Assembly (NCBI GenBank): GCA_052325545.1
Contig: JBKQUP010000009.1
Coordinates: 13,486-77,485, forward strand
Reading direction: 5' to 3'
DNA from: Thermoplasmata archaeon
Lineage (GTDB): Archaea; Thermoplasmatota; Thermoplasmata; Lutacidiplasmatales; UBA184
DNA length: 64,000 bases
Below, in pieces: positions 33,211 to 42,873 of the stretch (within the stretch, counting starts at the first letter, position 1; each line of letters starts with the position of its first letter). The position numbers were made by a program, and so were the translations under genes. Below the pieces are notes generated by a model. The model saw nothing but the letters and a program-made list of their open reading frames with translations. It was not told where the DNA came from and made no database searches.

Positions 33211-34892
33211 CAGTACACCCTCTCCTTCGGTTCCCAGCGAGTGAATGCGACCGGCGAGTACGACAGGACGGGACCGCTGGGGCCGCGGAGCGCGAGCGTG
33301 TGCTTCATCCAGTTCTTGTCGTCCCGTTTCGGGTAATCCTTACGGAAGTGGGCCCCCCGGCTCTCCGTCCGGGCGATCGCCCCCACGATGATGACCTCCG
33401 CGAGGTCGATCATGTGCTCCGTCTCGATGGCGTCCGAGAGGTTGATGTTGAACACCTTCGACTGGTCGACCACGCGCACGTGGGAGAACCGTTCCTTGAC
33501 GGCCCGGACCCGTCGGAGCCCTTCGGTGAGGTCCGCTTCGGTCCGGAAGAGGTTGACGTACCGGTCCATCGTCTGCTGGAGCTCGGTCCGGATCGCGCTC
33601 GGGTCCTCCCCATCCGCCCGACCGAACCATGTCCGGTAGGTGGCCGTGACCTCGTCGAGGTCGCTCGGCTGCAACGTGGTCGCGGGGGCTTTGACCGCGT
33701 ACGCGGCGGCCGCCGCGCCCGCGGACTTCCCGAAGACGAGGGTCTCCATGAGCGAGTTTCCGCCGAGGCGGTTCGCCCCGTGGATCGAGACGCATGCGGC
33801 CTCGCCGGCAGCGTAGAGGCCGGGCACGTTCGTCTCGCCCGGGATGTTCGTGCCGACCCCGCCCATCATGTAGTGCTGGGCCGGAGAGATCGGGATCGGG
33901 TCGGTCACCGGGTCCATCCCGGCGAACGACCGGCATAGGTCGCAGATCTCCTGGAGACGGCTCTCGATCTTCTCCTTCCCGAGATGCATCAGCTCGAGGT
34001 GGACGTACGGACCATACGGCCCGGTGAACCCGCGTCCCTCGAGGATCTCGGTGGTGATCGCCCGTGCGACCACGTCGCGCGATGCGAGCTCCATGACCTT
34101 CGGGGCGTACTTGGTCATGAACCGCTCCCCCGAAGCGTTCTTCAGGAGCCCTCCTTCGCCGCGGGCCCCTTCGGTGACGAGGATGCCGCCCTCGAGCAGG
34201 GCGGTCGGATGGAACTGGACGAACTCCATGTCCTTCAGGAACGCTCCCGCGTCGTAGGCGGCAGCGGCCCCGTCCCCGGTGCAGCTGTGCGCGTTCGTCG
34301 ACCGACCGTAGATCCGGCCGGCCCCACCGGTGGCGATGATGACGGCCTTCGCCGCTACCTGCTGGAACTCACCCGTCTTCTTGTCGAGGGCAACGATCCC
34401 CTGGACCCGACCCTCTCGCACGACGATCCGGGCCAGTTCCCACTCTTCGTAGAGCGTGAACCGCTGGCTCCCGAGCTGCTCCCACAGTCCCTGCAGGAGC
34501 GCGAGCCCGGTCCGGTCGGCGGCGTAGACCGTGCGCGGGAACCCCGCGCCCCCGAACGGCCGCTGGGCGAGCGAGCCGTCGTCGGTCCGGCTGAAGATGG
34601 TGCCGAAATGTTCCATCTCGATGACCGTCGGGCCGGCCTCTTTGCAGAAGAACTCGATCGCGTCCTGGTCGCCGAGGTAGTCGGACCCCTTGACCGTGTC
34701 GAAGATGTGGGCGTCGATCGAGTCGTTCACTCCGATCGCCGCGTTGATGCCGCCCTGCGCCGCGCCCGAATGCGACCGGAGCGGGTGCATCTTCGTGACG
34801 ATGGCGACGTCCCTGCCGGCATGGACCGCCGCGAGCGCCGCGCGCTGACCGGCGAGACCCGCGCCCACCACTACGACTTCGTGACGCAACAT
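33210..34892 (-). CDS. sdhA: succinate dehydrogenase/fumarate reductase flavoprotein
   Basis: GAGLAG, RSHSGAAQGG, QFHPT, HGANRLGGNSL, ESRGAH; ATG 34892 (or 34910). Confidence 0.96.
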   Translation of the reverse strand: MLRHEVVVVGAGLAGQRAALAAVHAGRDVAIVTKMHPLRSHSGAAQGGINAAIGVNDSIDAHIFDTVKGSDYLGDQDAIEFFCKEAGPTVIEMEHFGTIFSRTDDGSLAQRPFGGAGFPRTVYAADRTGLALLQGLWEQLGSQRFTLYEEWELARIVVREGRVQGIVALDKKTGEFQQVAAKAVIIATGGAGRIYGRSTNAHSCTGDGAAAAYDAGAFLKDMEFVQFHPTALLEGGILVTEGARGEGGLLKNASGERFMTKYAPKVMELASRDVVARAITTEILEGRGFTGPYGPYVHLELMHLGKEKIESRLQEICDLCRSFAGMDPVTDPIPISPAQHYMMGGVGTNIPGETNVPGLYAAGEAACVSIHGANRLGGNSLMETLVFGKSAGAAAAAYAVKAPATTLQPSDLDEVTATYRTWFGRADGEDPSAIRTELQQTMDRYVNLFRTEADLTEGLRRVRAVKERFSHVRVVDQSKVFNINLSDAIETEHMIDLAEVIIVGAIARTESRGAHFRKDYPKRDDKNWMKHTLALRGPSGPVLSYSPVAFTRWEPKERVY

Positions 34893-35081
34893 AGGAAGCC
34901 CCGGGTCCATCTAAGTCGGGGTTTTAATGGGTGCCGTTCTCCGGGCTGCACTCACCGAGGAACGACCCCCCCCCGGGTCGGGGCGGGGTGCCTCGGTGAT
35001 GCCGGCGTAATCGGCCGGTGAGCCCTTATATAGCGACCCCGGGTCCGCCGTCGCACATTCCGGGCGACCGGAGGTACGACG

Positions 35082-35756
35082 ATGCAAACGGTGATCAGCT
35101 CGGCCGACGAGGAGCGCCTACTGAAGGGCACTACGACGATCGGGATCGTCTGCAAGGACGGGGTCGTCCTCGCCACCGAGCGCCGGGCCACGGCCGGCAG
35201 CTTCATCTCCAACAAGCAGACCCAGAAACTGTTCAAGATCGACGAGAACATCGGGATCACGATCGCCGGGCTCGTCGGCGACGCCCAGGTCCTCGCCCGC
35301 TACCTGAAGGCCGAGGTCTCGCTCTATCGGCTCCGCCGCAGCGCCCCGCTCACCGCCGAAGGTGCCGCGACGCTCCTCGCGAACATCCTGAGCGGGAACC
35401 GCTACTACCCCTACTACGCCTGGCTCATCCTGGGCGGTGTCGACGGCAAGGGCTCCCACGTCTTCTCGGTCGACCCGGCGGGCGGTTGCATCGAGGACCG
35501 GTACGTCTCGGTCGGGTCCGGCTCCACGATCGCCTACGGTCTCCTTGAGGAGGGGTACTCCCGAGAGATGTCGACCACCGACGCGGTCGACCTCGCGCTC
35601 CGCGGCCTCACCGCCGCGATGAAGCGGGACAGCGCGAGCGGGGACGGATACCTCGTCCACATCATCACGCCCAAGGAATACCGAGAACTGTCCGAGGACG
35701 AAATTAATAAACGTCTGAAGGCACTCAAGATACCGCTGCCTCCTGTTCTTCCGTAA
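35082..35756 (+). CDS. psmB: proteasome beta subunit
   Basis: Propeptide then KG^TTTIG, GSGS, RDSASG. Confidence 0.97.
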   Translation: MQTVISSADEERLLKGTTTIGIVCKDGVVLATERRATAGSFISNKQTQKLFKIDENIGITIAGLVGDAQVLARYLKAEVSLYRLRRSAPLTAEGAATLLANILSGNRYYPYYAWLILGGVDGKGSHVFSVDPAGGCIEDRYVSVGSGSTIAYGLLEEGYSREMSTTDAVDLALRGLTAAMKRDSASGDGYLVHIITPKEYRELSEDEINKRLKALKIPLPPVLP

Positions 35757-35820
35757 GGAACGACGGGCCCGGGCGGCCTTCGGAACCCTTTCTGCGCCAA
35801 CCCTTTCCGTTCATCGAAGG

Positions 35821-37725
35821 ATGAGTTTCGAATCGCTCATAGAGCAAACCCGGGAAGCGCTTCGCGAAGTGCTGCCGGAAACCATCGAGGTCACCGACAT
35901 CGAGCTGGAAGGCCCGCATGTCGTGGTCTACACGAAGCAGCTCGACGCGTTCCTCTCCGGGGGCGACTACCTGCGCCAGGTCGCTCAGCGCCTGCACCGC
36001 CGGGTGGTCGTCCGTTCCGACCCGGCGACCCTCATCGACCCCAAGGAGGCCGAGAAGGCGATCCGCGCGCTCATCCCAGTGGAGGCCGAGATCGCCCAGC
36101 TCTTCTTCGAGCCCGAAACGGGCGAGGTGACGATCGAGGCGGCGAGCCCCGGGGCGGCGATTGGCCGTGGGGGCTCGGTCCTGAACGACCTCAAGAAGCA
36201 GATCGGCTGGGTGCCCACCGTCGTCCGCACGCCCCCGATCCCCTCGAAGACCGTCGAAGAGGTACGGATCCACCTCCGGAACTCCTTCGACGACCGGCGG
36301 ACGTTCCTGAAGAAGGTCGGGATCCGGATCGCGCGCGACCCGCTCCCGGAGAAGCTCTGGGCCCGCAGCACGGCGCTCGGCGGCTACCGCGAGGTAGGGC
36401 GGAGCGCCCACCTGCTCACCACCCAGAACTCGAAGGTCCTCATCGACTGCGGGATCGACCCCGGGTCGGACCGGACCCCGTTCTTCAACGCGCCCGAGCT
36501 TCTTCCGCTCGACTCGCTCGACGCGGTGGTCGTCACCCACGCCCACCTCGACCACTGCGGCCTCGTCCCCGTGCTGCTGAAGTACGGGTACAAGGGGCCG
36601 ATCTACTGCACCGCGCCGACGCGCGACCTGATGACGCTCATGCTCCTCGACGCCATCAAGGTCGTCAACCAAGAGGCGAGGAAGGCCCTCTACGACTCGG
36701 GGAACGTCCGGGACCTCGTCACGAGGACGATCCCGCTCCGGTGGGGCGAGACGACCGATATCGCGCCGGACATCCGCCTCACCATGCACAACGCGGGCCA
36801 CATCCTCGGCTCGTCGATCTGCCACTTCCACCTCGGGGAGGGCGACCACAACCTCGCCTACTCCGGGGACATCAAGTTCGAGCGGAGCTGGCTGTTCAAC
36901 CCGGCGACCAATCGATTCCCCCGCCTCGAGACCCTCGTCCTCGAGTCGACCTACGGGGGCTACCGCAACGTGCAGCCGAGCCGTCAGCAGGCCACCGAGG
37001 ATTTCAGCTCGCTCACGAACAAGGTCCTCGCCCGGGGGGGGAAGCTCATCGTCCCGGTCTTCGCGGTCGGGCGTTCCCAGGAGGTCATGCTCGTCCTCGA
37101 GGAGAAGATGCGCGAGGGGAAGATCCCCCGCGTGCCGGTCTACCTCGACGGGATGATCTTCGAGGCGACCGCGATCCACACGGCGTACCCGGAGTACCTG
37201 AACAGCCAGCTTCGGACGCAGATCTTCCAGCAGGGCGACAACCCGTTCCTATCGGATGTCTTCCACCGCATCGATTCCCAGCAGATGCGCTCGACCGTCC
37301 TCGACTCGAAGGAGCCCTCGATCATCCTCGCCACCTCCGGCATGATGAGCGGGGGGCCGGTGATGGAGTACTTCCGGGCGTGGGCGCCCGAAGAGAAGAA
37401 CGGGCTCCTCTTCGTCGGCTACCAGGCCGAAGGGACGTTCGGGAACCGGCTGCAGCGGGGCGTGAGCGAGGCGACGTTCCTCGACGGGTCGCGCCAGGCG
37501 TCCGTCCCCGTGAAGCTCGAGGTCGCAACGATCGAGGGGTTCTCGGGCCACTCCGACCGGGTCCAGCTCATGAACTTCGTCGCGTCCCTCGACCCGCGGC
37601 CCCAGCGCATCATCCTGAACCACGGCGAAGAGTCCCGCATCCTCGACCTCGCGTCGAGCCTCCACAAGCGGTTCAACGTGGAGTCCCGCGCCCCGTTCAA
37701 CCTCGAAGCGATACGGCTGGTCTAG
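35821..37725 (+). CDS. beta-CASP ribonuclease aCPSF1 (FttA)
   Basis: KH domains, HAHLDH, AGHILGS, ESTYG, FSGHSD; conserved next to psmB. Confidence 0.95.
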   Translation: MSFESLIEQTREALREVLPETIEVTDIELEGPHVVVYTKQLDAFLSGGDYLRQVAQRLHRRVVVRSDPATLIDPKEAEKAIRALIPVEAEIAQLFFEPETGEVTIEAASPGAAIGRGGSVLNDLKKQIGWVPTVVRTPPIPSKTVEEVRIHLRNSFDDRRTFLKKVGIRIARDPLPEKLWARSTALGGYREVGRSAHLLTTQNSKVLIDCGIDPGSDRTPFFNAPELLPLDSLDAVVVTHAHLDHCGLVPVLLKYGYKGPIYCTAPTRDLMTLMLLDAIKVVNQEARKALYDSGNVRDLVTRTIPLRWGETTDIAPDIRLTMHNAGHILGSSICHFHLGEGDHNLAYSGDIKFERSWLFNPATNRFPRLETLVLESTYGGYRNVQPSRQQATEDFSSLTNKVLARGGKLIVPVFAVGRSQEVMLVLEEKMREGKIPRVPVYLDGMIFEATAIHTAYPEYLNSQLRTQIFQQGDNPFLSDVFHRIDSQQMRSTVLDSKEPSIILATSGMMSGGPVMEYFRAWAPEEKNGLLFVGYQAEGTFGNRLQRGVSEATFLDGSRQASVPVKLEVATIEGFSGHSDRVQLMNFVASLDPRPQRIILNHGEESRILDLASSLHKRFNVESRAPFNLEAIRLV

Positions 37726-37828
37726 ACGTCCGGGCGCCCCGGCCCTCGAAAGTAGGCGGTTCTCGGGACGAAACCCTTTATAGACGGTCCGGGGTCATTG
37801 GGGGTGACCCCCCTCTGGAGGGCTTCGC

Positions 37829-39331
37829 ATGGGACATCCACACCGTAGGTTCTTGGTCCTCGGCCTTGACGGGGGGACCTTCGACCTTCTGGACCCCCTC
37901 ATGGCCGCGGGGGAGCTCCCGTTCCTGAAGTCGCTCGTGCACCGGGGCGTCCGCGCGCCGCTGCGCTCGGTCTACCCGGCAAAGACGATCCCCGCATGGT
38001 ACTCGTTCGCGACGGGCAAGGACCCGGGCGAGCTCGGGATCTTCGGGTTCACCGAGCCCGACGGAGGACCCGGCCACTCGAAGCTCGTCCAGACGTTCCG
38101 CCCCGCCGAGGCGTTCTGGGACACGCTCTCGCGCGTCGGCGTCAAGGTGGGCGTCCTCAACTTCCCGTTCCGAACGGCCTACCCCATCCACGGGTTCGTG
38201 GTCCCGGGGATGTTCACGGGCACCAACGCCACCTATCCGGCGGCCCTCAAGAACGAGATCCACGAGACGATCGGAGCAGAGTACCCCCGCGAGCTGCCGG
38301 CCTACAAGGAGTCCGAGCGGGCCGAGTGGATCGCGGAAGCGACCCACGCGGTGGAGCAGCGGGGGAAGGTGGCGGCGACCCTGGCCGAGCGCCACAAGCC
38401 CGGTTTCCTCTTTGCGCTGTTCCGCGAGACCGACCGGCTCGAGCACCAGCACTGGTCGGAGATGAGCCAGCCCGTTTCGGAGATCCCCCCGGACCTCCTC
38501 CAGTTCTGGCGGACGGTCGACCGGTCCTGCGAGCAGGTCGACCGCGCCTTCCGTTCGGGCGGGGGCCCGGCGGTGACGCTCGTCATCTCCGACCACGGCC
38601 ACGGGCCGATCCAGTCGGACTTCCTGACCAACCGGTGGCTCGCAGAGGAGAAGTTCCTGTTCTTCCGGGGTCGAGGGGACTTCGGACGCCGCAAGCTCCT
38701 CGGTAAGCTCATGCTCCAGGCCCAGAAGAACCGCGTGACCCGACGGGCGATGCGCCCGCTGGTCGAGTTCGTCAAGGACGGGCGACGGGCCCATTTCGCG
38801 GAGTTCGTGGGTGGAGGGACCTCGTTCGAGCAGTTCTCGAAGCGGATCGATTGGGAGCGCACCGTCGCGTTCTCCTACCCGGTCCCCGAGGGGATCTACC
38901 TGAACCCGAACAATCCCCATCTCACCGCGGAGCGCCGGGACGCGATCCGCACGCAGATCCGGCAGCGCCTCGAAGCGTATCCCGACGCCCACATCGAGGT
39001 GCTCGACCCGCGGATGATCTACCGCGGTCGCAACCTCTCCCACGCTCCCGCCCTCCTCATCCGGGTGGATGGGATGAACACGGAGCCCCGGATGGACTTC
39101 GGATACCCGGACGCCCTGATCCGGCAGCGTCCGAACTACTTCTGCGGGACCGGCACCCACCGCATGAACGGGATCATGATCGCCGCGGGGGACGACATCC
39201 GGCCCGACACGACGGTCAGCACCCTCGACCTCGTGGACGTCGCGCCGACCATCCTCGATGGGATGGGTTACGACGCGCCGGCCGGGATGGGCGGCCACTC
39301 GTTCGGTCGGCGCCTGGGCCTCTCAGGGTAA
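37829..39331 (+). CDS. alkaline phosphatase superfamily / nucleotide pyrophosphatase-like protein
   Basis: LGLDG, TIPAW, TDRLEH, ISDHG, DVAPTIL. Confidence 0.85.
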   Translation: MGHPHRRFLVLGLDGGTFDLLDPLMAAGELPFLKSLVHRGVRAPLRSVYPAKTIPAWYSFATGKDPGELGIFGFTEPDGGPGHSKLVQTFRPAEAFWDTLSRVGVKVGVLNFPFRTAYPIHGFVVPGMFTGTNATYPAALKNEIHETIGAEYPRELPAYKESERAEWIAEATHAVEQRGKVAATLAERHKPGFLFALFRETDRLEHQHWSEMSQPVSEIPPDLLQFWRTVDRSCEQVDRAFRSGGGPAVTLVISDHGHGPIQSDFLTNRWLAEEKFLFFRGRGDFGRRKLLGKLMLQAQKNRVTRRAMRPLVEFVKDGRRAHFAEFVGGGTSFEQFSKRIDWERTVAFSYPVPEGIYLNPNNPHLTAERRDAIRTQIRQRLEAYPDAHIEVLDPRMIYRGRNLSHAPALLIRVDGMNTEPRMDFGYPDALIRQRPNYFCGTGTHRMNGIMIAAGDDIRPDTTVSTLDLVDVAPTILDGMGYDAPAGMGGHSFGRRLGLSG

Positions 39332-39361
39332 GCGACACCCTCCGCCGGAACCCTTTTCGGG

Positions 39362-40531
39362 ATGGGCCGGCTCCGACAGCGGATGCCGGGGCGCACGGTG
39401 GACGTGGTGGCCGTGGGTCCCCCCCCGCTCGACCCCTACGAACCCGCGGCCAGCGCCTGGGCACTCGCCGCCGCGCTCGCGGCCCGGGGCGACGACGTTC
39501 ACGTTCTCCACCTGCCCGGTCCCGCAGCCGACCGGGTCCCGTCGGGGGTCACCGCCATCCCCGTCGAGATCCCGCTGCGCCGTCCGGGAGGCCCCGTCGA
39601 GCCGGCGGAGTTCGCCGCGGCCGCGGGTCGTCGTCTCCGTAAGCCGGTCGACCTCGTGCTCCGTGACCCCGTCGGTCTGGGCTCGCTGGGCGCGCGACGA
39701 GCACGTCGAGGCCTTCCCCTGGTCGGAGGTTTCGCACGGGCGCTCGAGCTGCGGACCTACGAGGGGGAGCGGCAGGGCCATTCGTCAGCCGGCGTCGTCG
39801 ACCGTCTCGACACATGGCGCGACCGGCGGTCGGTCCGTCGGCTCGAGCGGGTGGCGCTCGAGGAGGCCGACCGCCTCTTCTACGATGCTCCCGAGGTGGC
39901 CAAGTCGCTGACCGAGGAGTATGGGGTCCCCGGGCGTAAGCTCGTGGCGCTCCCCCCGGCCGTCGCCCTCCTTTCCCCGCTCCCGACCCGAGAATCCGCG
40001 CGTCACGACCTTCGGATCCCCACGGACGTGCCGGTCGTGGTCGCGCCGACGGCGTTCGAGGCCCCGGCGTCGAGCGGGGTCGACCGGGTCCTCGAAGCGT
40101 TCCGTCGGGTCCGCCCGTTCTTCCCCGGCGTTCGGCTCGTCCTGTGCGGGGCTCCCGCCCCGTCCGACCCGGGGGTGATCGTGCTACCTGATCGTCGCGC
40201 GGACACGCTCGCGGCCGCCATCGCGAGCGCGGACGTGGCCGTCTTCGCCCGGCGCGTTCCCGGATTCGACCCGGGGGTCGTGCTCGCCGCCCGGGCGGCC
40301 GTCCCTCCGATCGTGTTGCCGGACGCGCGCCTCTCCGTCGACCCGGTGGGCGGCGTGCGCGTCGCGGCGAGCGACGACCCGGGCGACCTCGCCTCGGCGC
40401 TCGCCGAGCTGCTCGCCGACCCGGCGGTGGGAAAAGAGGTCGGTCAGGCCGCGGTCCGGTTCGCGCAAGCGTTCCTTCCGGAGCGCGTCGCGGCCGCGCT
40501 CAGCGAGGCGGTCTCCCCGAAAGGGGCCTAA
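39362..40531 (+). CDS. GT4-like (GT-B fold) protein with degenerate catalytic motif
   Basis: ALAARGDDVHVL, ADVAVF, DDPGDLASALAELLADP. Confidence 0.7.
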   Translation: MGRLRQRMPGRTVDVVAVGPPPLDPYEPAASAWALAAALAARGDDVHVLHLPGPAADRVPSGVTAIPVEIPLRRPGGPVEPAEFAAAAGRRLRKPVDLVLRDPVGLGSLGARRARRGLPLVGGFARALELRTYEGERQGHSSAGVVDRLDTWRDRRSVRRLERVALEEADRLFYDAPEVAKSLTEEYGVPGRKLVALPPAVALLSPLPTRESARHDLRIPTDVPVVVAPTAFEAPASSGVDRVLEAFRRVRPFFPGVRLVLCGAPAPSDPGVIVLPDRRADTLAAAIASADVAVFARRVPGFDPGVVLAARAAVPPIVLPDARLSVDPVGGVRVAASDDPGDLASALAELLADPAVGKEVGQAAVRFAQAFLPERVAAALSEAVSPKGA

Positions 40532-40549
40532 GGACGGGCCCAACGCCTG

Positions 40550-41110
40550 TCAGCGGTCGCGCTCGACCGGCTCGTCGAGACGCCACTCCGCGAACCCCCG
40601 GCCGCCCGAGGTCCGTCGGACCGAGCGCACCACGCCCGACCACCGCACGTCGGGCGGGAGTTCGCCGGAATCGATACGGTCGAGGACCGTCCGGAACCGA
40701 AGGCGGAGGTCGGAGAACGGGTCCTCCTCGCCGGGCCGGACCCAGGAGCCGGCCGCGCGGACGACGCGGACGGTGCCTTCGTGGGTGGCCCACACGCCGA
40801 CGCGAGAGGCCCTGGTCCCGTCGGTGCGGGCCGCGAGCGCCGCGGCGGCCTTCTCGGACGGCAGGACGACCGCGACCCAGTCCCCCCACGCGCGCCGCTT
40901 GAGCGCCTGCACGAGCACCGCGCGGCTCCCGGAGACCTTCGCCTCGACGAGGCCGACCTCGTCCCCCCGCCGGGCCACGAGGTCGAAGTAATCGGCGGAG
41001 TCCGGGTTCGGATAGACCCGGTAGCCTTGCTGCTCAAGGAAGGTCGCGGCGGTCCGGACGACCTCTTTTTCGGAGACCCGGGGCGGGCGAGGTGCCGCGG
41101 CGCGGCTCAC
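40550..41110 (-). CDS. PD-(D/E)xK restriction-endonuclease-fold protein
   Basis: SEKEV..FLEQQGYRV, FDLVARR, LVEAK, VQA; GTG start overlaps the mutL TGA. Confidence 0.78.
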   Translation of the reverse strand: MSRAAAPRPPRVSEKEVVRTAATFLEQQGYRVYPNPDSADYFDLVARRGDEVGLVEAKVSGSRAVLVQALKRRAWGDWVAVVLPSEKAAAALAARTDGTRASRVGVWATHEGTVRVVRAAGSWVRPGEEDPFSDLRLRFRTVLDRIDSGELPPDVRWSGVVRSVRRTSGGRGFAEWRLDEPVERDR

Positions 41111-42873
41111 GGACCGCTCCTCAGGAACCAGCGGTCGAGGCGCGACCGGGGGATCCCGAGCACGATCGGGCGTCCGTGGGGACAGGAGTAGGCCGCTTCG
41201 GGAAGGGCGTGCAGCGTCGTGAGCACGCGGGAGAACTCCTCCGACGTAACAACGTCCCCCGCCCGAAGGGCCGCGTGGCAGGCGACGGTCGCGGCGCGTC
41301 GCTCCTCGAGCCCGTCGGGGAGCGTGGGGCGCCCACCGGTCGCGAGCTCGTCCAGGAGCTCCGCGACGGCCTCGGGCCGCGCGGACCGGCCCCGGTATGC
41401 GGGGACCGACCGGACGAGGAACGACTCGGGACCGAACGGCTCGATGTCGAATCCCGCGGCCCGGACCGTCTCGCCGTGGGCTTCGAACGTGCTTCGCTCG
41501 GCGCCCGTGAGACGGACGGTGACCGGAGCGACCAGGGTCTGTCGCTGCAGGGTCCCGGAGTGGCGCAGCTCCTCGTAGAGCACGCGCTCGCTCGCCGCGT
41601 GCTGGTCGATCAGCACGAGGCCTTCGTCGCTCTCGGCCACCCAATAGAGGGCGTGAAGGCACCCAAGCAGCGTGAGCCGCGGATGCCCCGCCGCCGCCGG
41701 AAGCGGGGTCGGGGGTGGGGGCGCGGCGACCGGACCTTCCAGGGTACGTTGGACGCCCGGATGTCCCGCGGAGGCCGTGGGGACGCCTCTCACCAGGGGC
41801 GGCGCGCCTCCGAGGGGCGGTCGAGCCGCGGCCCGGGCGGCCGGAAGCTCCGCCACCTGGGGGGCGGAGACGAGGGCCTCGCGGACGCGCAGCCGGATGG
41901 CGTCGAGGATGTCCCGTTCGCGGGCGAAGCGCACCTCGCGTTTCGTCGGGTGGACGTTCACGTCGAGCCGGTCGGGGTCGACCTCGAGATGGAGGACGCC
42001 CACCGGGAACCGGGTGCGGGGCAGGTAGTCGCCGAAGGCGAGGCGGACGTTCTGGGCGATCGTGCGGGAAGTGACCGAGCGGCCGTTGACGGCGACGAAC
42101 AGTCCTCGCGACGAGGCGGCCGCCACCCCGGGCCGGCCGAGCGACCCGAAGAGACGGCCCCCGGGGATCTCGGCGGAAAGCTCGAACGACGACGTGAGGA
42201 ACCCGGGGCCGAGGACCCGGGCCGCGGCGTCCTTCAGGTCGTGGGCGGGGGGATACGTTCCCGCCTCGCGGCCCTCCGATTCCACGCGAAGGCCCACCTG
42301 CGGACGCGCGAGGTAGAGACGCTCGACCGTCTGCAGCACCTCGACCTGCTCCGCGGGAGCGCCTTTGAGGAACTTGCGCCGGGCCGGGGTGTTGAAGAAG
42401 AGGTCCTCGACCTCGACGGTCGTCCCCGGGGCCCGCGGGGCGGAGAACCGACCGGCGACCGCCCCTCCGACGACCGAGATCCCCTCGGCGACCTCCCGGT
42501 CGGGGGGCCGGGAGAAAAGGCGGAACCGGGAGACCGAGGCGATCGCCGCGAGCGCCTCCCCCCGGAAACCGAGGGTCCCGATCCGCTCGACCGGACCTTC
42601 CGGCGGGAGCTTGCTCGTGGCATGCCGCTCGACCGCGAGCTCGAGCTCCTCCGGCGGGATCCCCGACCCGTCGTCGGCGACCTCGATCCGCTCGAGCCCC
42701 CCGCCCGAGAGTCGGATCGTGACGAGCGAAGCGCCCGCGTCCACGGCGTTCTCGACGAGCTCCTTCACGACGGACGCCGGGCGTTCCACGACCTCGCCCG
42801 CGGCGATCCGCTCGACCGTTTCGCTCGAGAGCTTCCGGATCGGCCGACGCGAGTTGGGGGGCGGCGTCGTCAC
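41107..42873 (-). CDS. mutL: DNA mismatch repair endonuclease MutL
   Basis: AAGEVVERPASVVKELVENAVDA, GFRGEAL, DQHAASERVLYE, ACH, CPHGRP. Confidence 0.97.
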   Translation of the reverse strand: MTTPPPNSRRPIRKLSSETVERIAAGEVVERPASVVKELVENAVDAGASLVTIRLSGGGLERIEVADDGSGIPPEELELAVERHATSKLPPEGPVERIGTLGFRGEALAAIASVSRFRLFSRPPDREVAEGISVVGGAVAGRFSAPRAPGTTVEVEDLFFNTPARRKFLKGAPAEQVEVLQTVERLYLARPQVGLRVESEGREAGTYPPAHDLKDAAARVLGPGFLTSSFELSAEIPGGRLFGSLGRPGVAAASSRGLFVAVNGRSVTSRTIAQNVRLAFGDYLPRTRFPVGVLHLEVDPDRLDVNVHPTKREVRFARERDILDAIRLRVREALVSAPQVAELPAARAAARPPLGGAPPLVRGVPTASAGHPGVQRTLEGPVAAPPPPTPLPAAAGHPRLTLLGCLHALYWVAESDEGLVLIDQHAASERVLYEELRHSGTLQRQTLVAPVTVRLTGAERSTFEAHGETVRAAGFDIEPFGPESFLVRSVPAYRGRSARPEAVAELLDELATGGRPTLPDGLEERRAATVACHAALRAGDVVTSEEFSRVLTTLHALPEAAYSCPHGRPIVLGIPRSRLDRWFLRSGP

